Numbered from the stretch's first letter, positions 8,199 to 16,767 are shown. The stretch: 32,000 bases of DNA from Candidatus Nitrospira inopinata (GCF_001458695.1 NZ_LN885086.1:2730001-2762000); one strand, 5' to 3'. The notes: generated by a model from the sequence alone, not told the origin. Numbers and translations: made by a program.

Positions 8199-8750
8199 TT
8201 ATCGTTCATGAACATGCGCTGAAACCGATTCCCCGCTCCCCCTCCGCTCACGGCTCAGCTGCAAGCCGGCCGGGGCCGCCAGCGGATCCATTTCCATCAC
8301 GACCGCGTCTTCCGCGGGTTCCGAATAATAGCCCCGTCTGACACCGATGGACACAAACCCTAATTCTCGATAGAGCCGTTGGGCCGCTTCATTGGAGTGT
8401 CTCACTTCGAGCACCGCGCGTGACGAGCCCCGTGTCATCCCCATGCCGATGGCTTCTGCGACCAGGGTTCGTCCGACGCCTCGTCTTCTCATCGACTCCC
8501 TCACGGCCAGTTTCATGAGTCGAAGTTCCTCGAACACGATCCAAAAACAATGGAACCCGATCAGAGACCCGCCTCCCGGGCGCATAGGGTCCGACGTTAC
8601 GGCGACCAGCACATGCGCAAACGGGTTGCCGATCAGTTCAGCCTCCCACATTTTGCTCGTCCAGGGGGGGGAGAAGCAAGTTCGTTCTAATTCCAACAGC
8701 TCGGGCAGCAGCTCCACCGTCGCCGGCATGATCCGAAACTCACGCGCCAT
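8199..8750 (-). CDS. rimI: Ribosomal-protein-alanine N-acetyltransferase (GNAT)
   Basis: GNAT core LRLMKLAVRESMRRRGVGRTLVAEAI...LEVRHSNEAAQRLYRELGF...RRGYY, with the classical position immediately downstream of tsaB. Start trimmed to MAREFRIMPATV (8750), an 11-bp overlap with the tsaB stop. The upstream extension in the track is Arg/Gly-rich and lies inside tsaB. Confidence 0.85.
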   Translation of the reverse strand: MAREFRIMPATVELLPELLELERTCFSPPWTSKMWEAELIGNPFAHVLVAVTSDPMRPGGGSLIGFHCFWIVFEELRLMKLAVRESMRRRGVGRTLVAEAIGMGMTRGSSRAVLEVRHSNEAAQRLYRELGFVSIGVRRGYYSEPAEDAVVMEMDPLAAPAGLQLSRERRGSGESVSAHVHER

Positions 8751-9561
8751 TCGCCTTACCCGGACGGATTGCCGGTCCCCCTTGCCGCCGCGCTCGCGCC
8801 AGACGTCGAGCGACTGTGGCCGCCACCCGCTCTTGCCGCCGGACGGCCGGCGAGATTCCTCCCGACCGCTCATAGACGAGTTCCGCCTCGGCTCGCTGCA
8901 CGTACAGCGGCATGACGCAGTCGCCGGCGATTTCCCCCTGACGGAGCTTTTGCAGACCGAGAAGCCCGACGGCTACGGCGGAGGGCTTCGCATGGTCAGC
9001 CCGCGCCGGAAACAGGGTGATCGAAGGAGAAAGCGCCGCGCGGATTTTCGGCTCCATCTTGAACCATCCTTCGCCGAACACCGTCGTCTCGTCGCCAAGG
9101 CTGGCGGCCACCGCCTCGGGAGGACCGACGTGCTCAGGCAGGATGCGATCGAGCCGCCCGTCTCTCGTCCTCCGGAATATCGCCCAATACAATTCTCCCG
9201 TTCGTCCCATCAGCATCGGGCACAGACGGGATGCCGCCGATTCGACGTCCATCGCCATGGCTTCCAGCGTCGGGACCAATGTGAGCGGAAGGCCGGTCGC
9301 CGTACGAAGCCCGAGGCACGTCGCCACGCCCACGCGAATACCGGTGAAAGAACCAGGACCGATGGAACAGGCCAAGCCGTCAAGGTCGGTCGCTTGCAGA
9401 GCCGCGCGCTCAAACAACCGATCGATGGCGGGCAACAACGTCAGACCATGGGCGCCGCCGGCATCCTGTTCCTCTTTCGCCAAGACCACGTCCTCTTCAA
9501 GAATCGCGACGCTTTGCCACGACGTGGCCGTCTCGACCGCCAAGATCCTCTTCCCTTTCAC
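8740..9561 (-). CDS. tsaB: tRNA N6-threonylcarbamoyladenosine (t6A) biosynthesis protein TsaB (YeaZ)
   Basis: ILAVETATSWQSVAIL at the N-terminus and GPGSFTGIRVGVATCLGL are TsaB/YeaZ signatures. The 273 aa include a basic C-terminal tail of roughly 40 aa beyond the usual length. Confidence 0.88.
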   Translation of the reverse strand: MKGKRILAVETATSWQSVAILEEDVVLAKEEQDAGGAHGLTLLPAIDRLFERAALQATDLDGLACSIGPGSFTGIRVGVATCLGLRTATGLPLTLVPTLEAMAMDVESAASRLCPMLMGRTGELYWAIFRRTRDGRLDRILPEHVGPPEAVAASLGDETTVFGEGWFKMEPKIRAALSPSITLFPARADHAKPSAVAVGLLGLQKLRQGEIAGDCVMPLYVQRAEAELVYERSGGISPAVRRQERVAATVARRLARARRQGGPAIRPGKANGA

Positions 9562-10412
9562 AACACCTCCCCCAACTCCTCCGTCTTGATCGTCTGATTC
9601 GGCAGGATTTCATGAAACGTGATCTGAATACTTCCTTGGCCGCGCCCATCTTCAAGGGAAATTTTAAACGGCCGAACCAGCAGGCTTCTCCGTTCCATGG
9701 GCCACGCCTCTCCCGCCGCCTCTTCCACCTGTCGAAAATCTTCGTAGTAAATGGTGGCCTCGACGTCGCCGTTCATTGCCAGCCGGTCTTCCTGTACGAC
9801 GAACAACGTTCGGCGATCGAACCAGAGGCGGCGGATCGGCGTTGTTCTGTCGGCGTCGCTTCGGCCGTCGGCGTAAACGTCCAATCGATAGCGATCCCCC
9901 GCTTCGGCCAGCCTCACGGTTTCGCCGTTTGCGACCGCGCCGGTGCCGAGCACGCCTCCGACCGCCCAGACGCTCAGTTGGAACGGGCGCGCCAGCTCTT
10001 GTTTTGTCGCCATCTCCGCCTGTCGGCCCGTCAAGACCCGACCCATCGTCGGCAATCGGAGTTTGTACAGATCGCCCGCTTGAACGAATTCAAACAACTC
10101 GCCGCCGATCGGCGTGAATCCGCGAAGCCTCACGGCATCGGGACGACGATAATACACCGTTCCCTCGACTCGCGACGCAATGGGAATCAGGCCGCCTCGG
10201 ACTTTCGCCGTAAACAGTCCCTTGAGCGAATGGATCGCCGCTTCCCGTTGGCGCAGCAGCGTCGTCAACTCCTCCGCCGTAGCCGACGTAGCCCGTTCGA
10301 CCGACGCTTCTTTCTTGGGCGTCATCAGCGAACATCCGGCCAGCAGCAGGCACACCAGAAGGCCGCCCGTCCCGCCCAGTGCCAGACATCCGTCACGGCT
10401 AAGCCAAGACAA
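9558..10412 (-). CDS. Lipoprotein, LolA/LolB-like (DUF4292-like) fold suspected
   Basis: Lipobox CLLLAGC after a hydrophobic segment. Beta-rich body with GTVYYRRPDAVRLRGFTPIGGELFEF, reminiscent of LolB/DUF4292 lipoproteins; the family call is tentative. The apparent start is TTG and is uncertain. ATGA overlap with the tsaB start and 14-bp overlap with the radA end. Confidence 0.6.
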   Translation of the reverse strand: MSWLSRDGCLALGGTGGLLVCLLLAGCSLMTPKKEASVERATSATAEELTTLLRQREAAIHSLKGLFTAKVRGGLIPIASRVEGTVYYRRPDAVRLRGFTPIGGELFEFVQAGDLYKLRLPTMGRVLTGRQAEMATKQELARPFQLSVWAVGGVLGTGAVANGETVRLAEAGDRYRLDVYADGRSDADRTTPIRRLWFDRRTLFVVQEDRLAMNGDVEATIYYEDFRQVEEAAGEAWPMERRSLLVRPFKISLEDGRGQGSIQITFHEILPNQTIKTEELGEVL

Positions 10413-11778
10413 CGTTCAGCGCCTCCCTCACGTCTTGAATGCCGATCAATTCCATGCCATCGATCGCATCCAGTTTCATCAGATTCCGCTCGGGCAACAG
10501 ACACCGTTTGAACCCCATCTTGGCCGCCTCTCGGATGCGCAGTTCCGCCTGGCTGATCGCTCGCACCTCCCCACCGAGACCGACTTCGCCGAGAATCAAC
10601 AAACCCGGCTCGACCGGTATCTCACGCAGACTGGACGTGACCGCCGCGACGATGCCCAGATCGGTCGCCGGCTCATCGATCCGCAGACCTCCCACCACGT
10701 TCACATACACATCCTGTCCGGACAAATGAACGCCCAGCCGTTTCTCCATCACCGCGAGCAAGAGCGACACGCGGTTGAGATCGACCCCGTTGGCCACCCG
10801 CTTCGGCATGGCATATCCGGTCGAGGACACGAGCGCCTGCAGCTCAACGAGAATCGGCCTGGTTCCTTCGAGACTCGACACCACCACCGAACCGGTGCTG
10901 CGTTGCGGGCGTTCGGCCAAAAACAGCTCCGAGGGATTGCCGACTTCTTCGAGTCCCGCGTCTTTCATTTCGAACACGCCGATTTCGTTCGTCGAACCGA
11001 AGCGATTTTTGACGGCCCGAAGAATGCGATAGCTGTGTCCCCTGTCGCCCTCGAAATACAATACCGTATCGACGATATGTTCCAACAAACGCGGCCCGGC
11101 GATGGCCCCTTCTTTTGTCACGTGGCCGATAATGAAAACCGGCACCCCGGCACGCTTGGCAAACCACATCAACTGTCCGGCCACCTCCTGCACTTGACTG
11201 ATGCTTCCAGGCGCCGAGGTCAACTGTTCCGTATAGACGGTTTGAATGGAGTCCACCACGATCGCGGCCGGCTGGATCTCTTGAACCGTCTTCAGAATCT
11301 GCTCCAGCGAGGTTTCGGCGAGAATCAGCAGATGGGGATGCTCGACGCCCAGCCGCTGTCCACGCATCTTGATCTGACGGGGCGATTCCTCGCCTGAGAC
11401 GTACAGCACCGGCGCCGCAGCGGTCGCCAATCGCGGCAGGGCTTGGAGCAGCAGGGTGGTCTTCCCGATTCCCGGATCGCCGCCGATCAGAATCACCGCG
11501 CCGGGAATCACTCCGCCACCCAATACCCGATCAAACTCTCCGATATGCGTGAGACGGCGGTCCTCGCCGACCACTTCGATCTCGCCGATGGGCGTCGCCT
11601 GCGTCTGCATGGTCTTGAGCGCCATGGGGCGGCCTTTGCCGGGCGTCGCCTGCCGCTCTTCTTTCATCGTGTTCCAGCCGCCGCAGTCGGGGCAGCGCCC
11701 CAGCCATCGCGGAGCCTGATGCCCGCAGGATTGGCAGGAAAAGGTGGTTTTGGCCTTCAAATCTGGCACCTTCGGCAA
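10399..11778 (-). CDS. radA: DNA repair protein RadA/Sms
   Basis: N-terminal zinc finger FSCQSCGHQAPRWLGRCPDCGGWNT, Walker A GDPGIGKTTLLLQ, the KNRFG motif (LRAVKNRFGSTNEIGVFEM) and a Lon-like C-terminal domain. Start is TTG (11778) or the GTG 3 codons downstream. Confidence 0.95.
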   Translation of the reverse strand: MPKVPDLKAKTTFSCQSCGHQAPRWLGRCPDCGGWNTMKEERQATPGKGRPMALKTMQTQATPIGEIEVVGEDRRLTHIGEFDRVLGGGVIPGAVILIGGDPGIGKTTLLLQALPRLATAAAPVLYVSGEESPRQIKMRGQRLGVEHPHLLILAETSLEQILKTVQEIQPAAIVVDSIQTVYTEQLTSAPGSISQVQEVAGQLMWFAKRAGVPVFIIGHVTKEGAIAGPRLLEHIVDTVLYFEGDRGHSYRILRAVKNRFGSTNEIGVFEMKDAGLEEVGNPSELFLAERPQRSTGSVVVSSLEGTRPILVELQALVSSTGYAMPKRVANGVDLNRVSLLLAVMEKRLGVHLSGQDVYVNVVGGLRIDEPATDLGIVAAVTSSLREIPVEPGLLILGEVGLGGEVRAISQAELRIREAAKMGFKRCLLPERNLMKLDAIDGMELIGIQDVREALNVVLA

Positions 11779-12028
11779 GCAATGAACTCTGAGTAAGGTT
11801 ATCTTAAAAGAACCGTCCGATTAAAAGAAAGGATCGAGGAGGAATTTCCACCTTGGATGAACAGGAAGAGTCAGCCAGTGGTCGCTCAAATAAATAATGA
11901 AGAGAGGCCGCTTTGAAAACCGTTGCGACCGTCTATTGTCTATTGAGAATGTCTATCTCGACAACGATCAGGAAAAGGCCGATGATCGCTGCTTTCCGTC
12001 CCGCGCAATCGGCTAGCAAGGTTAACGC

Positions 12029-12913
12029 TTAGAGTTTTTTCCTCAGCTCCTTCCAATCCTTGGCGACACGCGCTTTCGCCGGAGCCTCGCCGGACGGCTC
12101 CGGCACCATGACGGCTTGCAACCGCCGATTGAGAAAGGCCTCGACAAACGCCGTTGATCGGCCGATACCGACCTTCAAGGTCTTCCACCCTTCCGCGCGC
12201 AGTTCATCGAGCTTTTCCCCCAACGCGTCACCGCCCGGCGGCGACACCAAAACATAGCCGGGCGGAAACTGGTGAGCGCTCAGCCACTCCCGCGTTTGAT
12301 TCGCGGCGCGAAAGCCGTCCGCACCCGAAGAAGGCAGCAACACGACGTAGATGACGCGATAATAAAACTGGGTCAGTTTGGCGAGTTCCTCGGCGGCGTT
12401 CGGCATCGGTTTCCATCCCGAATCGAGCGTGGTACCGATCAGGGGAATGGGAGGCGGTGCAGGCGGTTGCTCCATCAACGCCGCCAATTCAACCGCGACA
12501 AGGGGATTTCGCTGCTCCCACACGACAAGGTTCGCCCGCCCTTCAACCGGCAAGACACGCGAACTCTTCCCGACGCGAACGCGAATCGGCAACGCGCCTT
12601 GCACGTTCGAACGATGGCTCAGAAACACCCGCCCGTCTCCCCCGGTCATGCCGGTCGCGACGACCTTGTCTTCCACCAACAGCTCCATCGGCTCCCCGCC
12701 TATCCCCGCCGTTGTCCACGGCCCAGCCGTCGAGAGCCGAGCTTCGATCGTCGTCGATCGACCTGGAACCGTCAGCGCGTCCTTCACAAGGAGCGTCGCG
12801 GCGGCCTTGTCGGTCGCGGGAAGAGCATCACCCGGATGAGAGAGGGAGAGAAGGAAAAAGAAACCGATAAGACCGGCCGCACGAGCCTCTCTTGTCGTCA
12901 GCCACGTCACCAT
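12029..12913 (-). CDS. Hypothetical exported protein
   Basis: N-terminal signal-like segment (AAGLIGFFFLLSLSHPGDA). I recognise no catalytic motifs. It is co-directional with bcp upstream and shows consistent coding-like composition. Confidence 0.55.
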   Translation of the reverse strand: MVTWLTTREARAAGLIGFFFLLSLSHPGDALPATDKAAATLLVKDALTVPGRSTTIEARLSTAGPWTTAGIGGEPMELLVEDKVVATGMTGGDGRVFLSHRSNVQGALPIRVRVGKSSRVLPVEGRANLVVWEQRNPLVAVELAALMEQPPAPPPIPLIGTTLDSGWKPMPNAAEELAKLTQFYYRVIYVVLLPSSGADGFRAANQTREWLSAHQFPPGYVLVSPPGGDALGEKLDELRAEGWKTLKVGIGRSTAFVEAFLNRRLQAVMVPEPSGEAPAKARVAKDWKELRKKL

Positions 12914-12955
12914 GGTGAGAAAACTGGTGAAAAAACGGACGATTCAAGATGAACA

Positions 12956-13423
12956 CTACGACTTCAAGGCCGCCAGCACTTGATCGGCATGGCCGTCCAC
13001 CTTCACCTTTCTGAAAACAGCCTTCACCTTTCCTTCGGGATCGATAATGAATGTGCTGCGCTCAATCCCCCAGTACTTTTTCCCGTACATGTTTTTCTGT
13101 TTGTACACCCCGTACGCCTTGGACACGCGCGCGTCTTCGTCGCTCAGCAATGGAAAGGGCAGTCCGAATTTCTTGATGAACTTCTGGTGGGACTCTTGAC
13201 CGTCCAGGCTGACTCCAAGGATCGTGCCTCCCGCCCGCATGATTTGCGCTTCGGTGTCGCGAAAATCGCAGGATTCTTTGGTGCAGCCAGGGGTATCGTC
13301 TTTGGGATAAAAATACAGCACGACCTGTTTCCCCCTGAGGCCGCGAAGCGTCACGATCCTTCCATCTTGATCCGGAATCTCGAGTTCCGGCGCCTGGTCT
13401 CCGACCGCAAGTTCTTTAGCCAT
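12956..13423 (-). CDS. bcp: Thiol peroxidase / peroxiredoxin Bcp (PrxQ type)
   Basis: GKQVVLYFYPKDDTPGCTKESCDFRD contains the peroxidatic Cys motif PxxxTxxC plus the resolving Cys five residues later. Start trimmed to MAKELAVGDQAPE (ATG at 13423) with an AAAGGA Shine-Dalgarno. Confidence 0.92.
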   Translation of the reverse strand: MAKELAVGDQAPELEIPDQDGRIVTLRGLRGKQVVLYFYPKDDTPGCTKESCDFRDTEAQIMRAGGTILGVSLDGQESHQKFIKKFGLPFPLLSDEDARVSKAYGVYKQKNMYGKKYWGIERSTFIIDPEGKVKAVFRKVKVDGHADQVLAALKS

Positions 13424-13439
13424 AGACCGCATCCTTTCT

Positions 13440-13892
13440 CTACCGAGACGTCCCGCCAAACGTAGGCCGTTCGGTTCCATAGGGACGGCCTTTCATCTGT
13501 TTTCTTGTATCTGGATCACCGTACGGTGCCAATGCCGGAGAATCCCAAATGACCTTGTCGCCGGGTGCCAAATTCGCCGCCTCAAGAAAATGGTGACGAG
13601 CCGCCGCCGCCTCTCCAAGCGCGTTCAATGCCAACGCGTAATTGTAATGCGCCTGCCCCGACCCAGGCGCGGCTGCCATGGCTTCGGCAAAATACTTCTT
13701 CGCCTCGCCGAATTGCTTTTCTTGATAGGCCCTCGCCCCTTGCTCCGTCAAAGCAACCGCCTCGCGACTGATCCCGGCATCGGTCAGCGCCAATGGAACG
13801 AGCGGCTTTCGTTTTGACGAACAGCCTCCGGCCTGAATCACGATCATCAATGCGGCGCTCAGGACCACAAGCCATGTCATCCGGCTGCTCAC
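13440..13892 (-). CDS. TPR-repeat lipoprotein
   Basis: Signal peptide plus lipobox (LMIVIQAGGC), then TPR-like helices (AYQEKQFGEAKKYFAEAMAAAPGSGQAHYNYALALNALGEAAAARHHFLEAANLAP). GTG start at 13892, or the ATG 4 codons downstream. Confidence 0.75.
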   Translation of the reverse strand: MSSRMTWLVVLSAALMIVIQAGGCSSKRKPLVPLALTDAGISREAVALTEQGARAYQEKQFGEAKKYFAEAMAAAPGSGQAHYNYALALNALGEAAAARHHFLEAANLAPGDKVIWDSPALAPYGDPDTRKQMKGRPYGTERPTFGGTSR

Positions 13893-13927
13893 AACCCTCT
13901 TCTCCCGTTTCTTTTTCTTTTAGCTTC

Positions 13928-14200
13928 TCACAGAGCCCGTTTCCGAGTTTCTTCTTCAAACGTCTTCCGGTAGAGGACTTCCCATTCCGCGCTCCCCTCG
14001 ACAATGCCGCGCGAATAGGACGCGAGCTTCGCCTTGACCTTGCGATCGATCTCCTCCTCCGCCGCCAACTCGGCTGCGAGGACCCGCTTGATTTCCTTGA
14101 GCATTCGTTCATCGTCACCGCGCACGGCGACGGATCGATGACGCTTCACGGCCTGTAAAATCACGTGCGAGAGGTGACTGACCTTGTCTTCGCTCAACAT
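13928..14200 (-). CDS. DUF507 family protein (paralog 2)
   Basis: MLSEDKVSHLSHVILQAV...EEEIDRKVKAKLASYSRGIVEGSAEWEVLYRKTFEEE aligns along its whole length with the upstream paralog. Start trimmed to the internal ATG at 14200. Confidence 0.75.
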   Translation of the reverse strand: MLSEDKVSHLSHVILQAVKRHRSVAVRGDDERMLKEIKRVLAAELAAEEEIDRKVKAKLASYSRGIVEGSAEWEVLYRKTFEEETRKRAL

Positions 14201-14258
14201 TGCGACACACGTCGTTCGTCTGTGCGGCCCCGTCTTGTCGTCTGTTCTCGGCGGACTT

Positions 14259-14540
14259 TTAAAGAATAAGACCCCGTTCACGGATCAGCTTCTGTTTGAT
14301 CAACTGAAACATTTTCTGATAATCGACCTGTCCCTGCTCGATCTGCTTTTCATACATCGTGAGCATGTGGCGCACTTCGGCGTTCAAGCGATCTTCTACC
14401 GACAGTTCATCAGTGATGGCCCGCTCCAGGGCGTCAATCAACGATTGGTAATCGCCGCCCGCCTCAAGATACCCCTCCTGTCGAAGACGACCGGCGACGG
14501 CCTCGGCCATGTGTCGCACGCGCTCTTTTGACAAGCGCAT
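14259..14540 (-). CDS. DUF507 family protein (paralog 1)
   Basis: MRLSKERVRHMAEAVAGRL...SVEDRLNAEVRHMLTMYEKQIEQGQVDYQKMFQLIKQKL has a DUF507-like pattern. The track ORF (175 aa) has an Arg-rich N-terminal extension that overlaps the upstream gene, so the start was trimmed to the ATG at 14540. Confidence 0.75.
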   Translation of the reverse strand: MRLSKERVRHMAEAVAGRLRQEGYLEAGGDYQSLIDALERAITDELSVEDRLNAEVRHMLTMYEKQIEQGQVDYQKMFQLIKQKLIRERGLIL

Positions 14541-14545
14541 CGCGC

Positions 14546-14929
14546 CTATCTCCGTTCGATCCGAATGATCGAGGCACCCATCGCACGGCGCAATTGGGTC
14601 GCGTCTCCCACAATCCGTCCGACGACATTGACTCGGTCCGCCGGAACCGGATCGCCGCCGGTGCTCATCGGAGTCCTCCCGAAAAAGATCGCCAGAACGC
14701 GGCCGATTCCCCAGTAGGCGACATCGCCGACCCGCACGCTCGTCGTGGCGGTTTCGCGATAATCGGTCACGCCTGGAAACGTACAATAAAACTCTTCGCC
14801 CCAGACATGGACCGGAGCTTCATGCGGGAGCGCGGCGTAGATTTGGTCGGCGGTTTTGGTGCCGTTGAGTTCCGCGTCGAGGTGTACTCCGCCGATCATG
14901 ATACGGATATGTTTCGGCGGCTGCGCCAT
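14546..14929 (-). CDS. Cyclophilin-like domain protein (Cyclophil_like/TM1367-type, not a canonical PPIase)
   Basis: IRIMIGGVHLDAELNGTKTADQIYAALP...WGEEFY...VGDVAYWGIGRVLAIFFG...VNVVGRIVG fits the small cyclophilin-like fold family as I remember it. Start set to the ATG at 14929; the track uses a TTG 4 codons upstream. Confidence 0.65.
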   Translation of the reverse strand: MAQPPKHIRIMIGGVHLDAELNGTKTADQIYAALPHEAPVHVWGEEFYCTFPGVTDYRETATTSVRVGDVAYWGIGRVLAIFFGRTPMSTGGDPVPADRVNVVGRIVGDATQLRRAMGASIIRIERR

Positions 14930-14993
14930 GCCAACGAACAACTCTTGCCGGACGAGGGATTCACCGCGCGATCAGCGACGACGGACAAAGGCA

Positions 14994-15022
14994 ACTCTAG
15001 CTTGTCTCCCATCTGAAATCAA
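14994..15022 (-). promoter_or_regulatory. Candidate promoter for the minus-strand cyclophilin-like/DUF507 cluster (TTGATT-N17-TAGAGT)
   Basis: Reverse complement of 15017-15022 is TTGATT, followed by a 17-nt spacer, and the reverse complement of 14994-14999 is TAGAGT. It overlaps the divergent plus-strand promoter. Confidence 0.3.
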
Positions 15023-15031
15023 GGCTACAAT
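15002..15031 (+). promoter_or_regulatory. Candidate promoter for the exonuclease/PP2C pair (TTGTCT-N18-TACAAT), only 6 nt upstream of the GTG start
   Basis: TTGTCT at 15002-15007, an 18-nt spacer, TACAAT at 15026-15031, and the GTG start codon at 15038. The predicted transcription start coincides with the start codon and there is no Shine-Dalgarno. Confidence 0.4.
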
Positions 15032-15037
15032 CCCTGC

Positions 15038-15835
15038 GTGTTGACCTCCACGTTCATCTTGCTCCAGGGCGTGGGCCCCGCAACCGAACAGCGCTGGTGG
15101 CGAGAAGGACTGCATGATTGGCGCGACTTCATCGCACGCCCCCGCGTCACCGGACTCTCTCCGGAGCGAAAAACCCTCCATGACCGAACGCTGGCGCTCG
15201 CTCAAGCCGATCTCGACCGGGGGAATCTGCAATCGCTGGCGGCGCAAATCCGGAAGCCGGAACATTGGCGTTTCTACGACAACCGCCGGTCCGGCATTCT
15301 GTACCTTGACATCGAAACGAACGGCTTTTCCCTTCATGATCCAAGCGGAACCGTGACCGTCGTCGGCCTTCATCGAGACGGCCGAACCCTCTCGCTCGTT
15401 CAAGACGAAACCTTAACGGTAGATCGACTCCAAACCGAGCTCAACCAATGCACGTTGCTCGTGACGTTCTTCGGGACCGGATTCGACGTGCCCTATTTAC
15501 AAGCCAAGTTTCCCCGTCTTCGTTTTCCCATGCCGCACTTTGATCTCTGCACGGCCGCCCGTCGTCTGGGGCTGCACGGAGGATTGAAACGACTCGAACG
15601 GGCGATGGGGATCGAACGAGAACCGGCCCTAGCCGGCCTTGACGGCGGGGACGCGGTCCGCTTGTGGTCGCAGTGGCGCCGCGGCAACCGAGCCGCGCTC
15701 GATGTTCTGTTGGCCTATAACACCGCCGATACGGAAAATCTTGTCCCGCTCGCAGACCTGGTCTATAAAGAAATGCGGGCGCGGTTCGGTCCTGAATTCG
15801 TAAAGCCGCCTTCCATCACGCGGCCATCGTCATAA
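15038..15835 (+). CDS. RNase H-like (DEDD) 3'-5' exonuclease domain protein, YprB/COG3359-like, with an N-terminal helix-hairpin-helix
   Basis: Exo motifs LYLDIETNGF (ExoI), TFFGTGFDVPYLQ (ExoII) and AYNTADTENLVPL (ExoIII), plus the N-terminal LLQGVGPATEQRWW HhH-like element. Confidence 0.75.
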   Translation: MLTSTFILLQGVGPATEQRWWREGLHDWRDFIARPRVTGLSPERKTLHDRTLALAQADLDRGNLQSLAAQIRKPEHWRFYDNRRSGILYLDIETNGFSLHDPSGTVTVVGLHRDGRTLSLVQDETLTVDRLQTELNQCTLLVTFFGTGFDVPYLQAKFPRLRFPMPHFDLCTAARRLGLHGGLKRLERAMGIEREPALAGLDGGDAVRLWSQWRRGNRAALDVLLAYNTADTENLVPLADLVYKEMRARFGPEFVKPPSITRPSS

Positions 15836-15851
15836 CAGGTTCATCACGCTC

Positions 15852-16604
15852 ATGAGTATGTGGATCGGCATCGGTCGCAGCGAGATCGGCTTGGTGCGTT
15901 CGAGCAACCAAGACGCCTACCTCTTGCTAGACCGGCTCGGCCTTTGGGCCGTCGCCGACGGCATGGGCGGCCACGTGGGCGGCGACGTCGCGGCCCAGAC
16001 CGCGATCACCAGCATCAAGGCTCACGCGATGAACGCGGCCGATGCCATCCGAACGGAACGACCGGACGCCCCGTCGGCGTTTTTGGCGGATTTGATCCAA
16101 CGCGCCCATGACGCAATCCTTGAGCAGGTTCGACTCGATCCTTCGCTGAAAGGGATGGGCACCACGATCGTCCTGCTGTTCATCCGTCCGCAACCCACTC
16201 CCATTGCGCACGTCGCGCATCTCGGCGACAGTCGCGCCTACCTTTTCCGAGCCGGCTTGCTCACCCCTCTCACACGAGACCACACACTCATTGAAAAATA
16301 TCTCGAGCGCGGCATCCTCACCCCCAAGACGGCGCGAACGCACCCGGAGCGACACGTTCTCACACAAGCGTTGGGCGTCTCTTCTCCCCCGAGGCCCTCC
16401 TTCTCATCCTGCCCCCTGGAACGGAACGACCTCTTGTTGCTCTGTTCGGACGGACTGACGAAAATGTTGGACGACGAACAAATCCGAGACATCTGCTCTA
16501 AAACCCACGGTGATCCGACGCAAACCTGCCATAGCCTGGTCACCGCCTCTCTCGACCGCGGCGGCATGGACAATGTCACCGTGCTTGTTATCGGCCATGT
16601 GTGA
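15852..16604 (+). CDS. PP2C-family Ser/Thr protein phosphatase (Stp/PrpC-like)
   Basis: GLVRSSNQDAY, WAVADGMGGHVGGDVAA, GMGTTIV, HLGDSRAY, LLLCSDGLT and RGGMDNVTVLV form the full set of PPM metal-binding motifs. Confidence 0.92.
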   Translation: MSMWIGIGRSEIGLVRSSNQDAYLLLDRLGLWAVADGMGGHVGGDVAAQTAITSIKAHAMNAADAIRTERPDAPSAFLADLIQRAHDAILEQVRLDPSLKGMGTTIVLLFIRPQPTPIAHVAHLGDSRAYLFRAGLLTPLTRDHTLIEKYLERGILTPKTARTHPERHVLTQALGVSSPPRPSFSSCPLERNDLLLLCSDGLTKMLDDEQIRDICSKTHGDPTQTCHSLVTASLDRGGMDNVTVLVIGHV

Positions 16605-16767
16605 TGGCACAGCGACCGGCCGGTATCTCCGGTCATCTCCGATAGATCATGGATCAACGGAGAACCATAGTTGACAACTCCCGGTTGAACCGTGTAGCTT
16701 CCCCTTCCAATCTTTGGTAGCCCTCTTCTCCTAACAAGAAGAGATCTCTCACACAGGGAGCCACGGT

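Noticed and set aside
8751-8873. Long N-terminal extensions in the track ORFs for rimI (8199-8873). Similar extensions occur in bcp (to 13480), DUF507 paralog 1 (to 14786), DUF507 paralog 2 (to 14281), DUF465 (to 8251) and accD (to 30056)
   Set aside because: The extensions are Arg/Gly-rich, overlap the upstream genes, and precede internal ATGs that have proper Shine-Dalgarno sequences and homolog-like N-termini. The shorter coordinates were used.
8392-11397. 401-aa (8392-9597) and 405-aa (10180-11397) plus-strand ORFs, plus 9612-10511
   Set aside because: They are antisense to rimI/tsaB, to the LolB-like lipoprotein and to radA, all of which have strong family signatures. The products are Arg/Ser/Pro-rich with no recognisable domains.
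16605-16621. TGGCAC hexamer (sigma-54 -24-like) after the PP2C stop. Other TGGCAC hexamers occur on the plus strand at 11765-11770 and on the minus strand near 21889-21894, 27045-27050 and 31215-31220
   Set aside because: None has a TTGC(A/T) -12 element at the required 5-nt spacing, and several lie inside coding regions. They are not callable as sigma-54 promoters.
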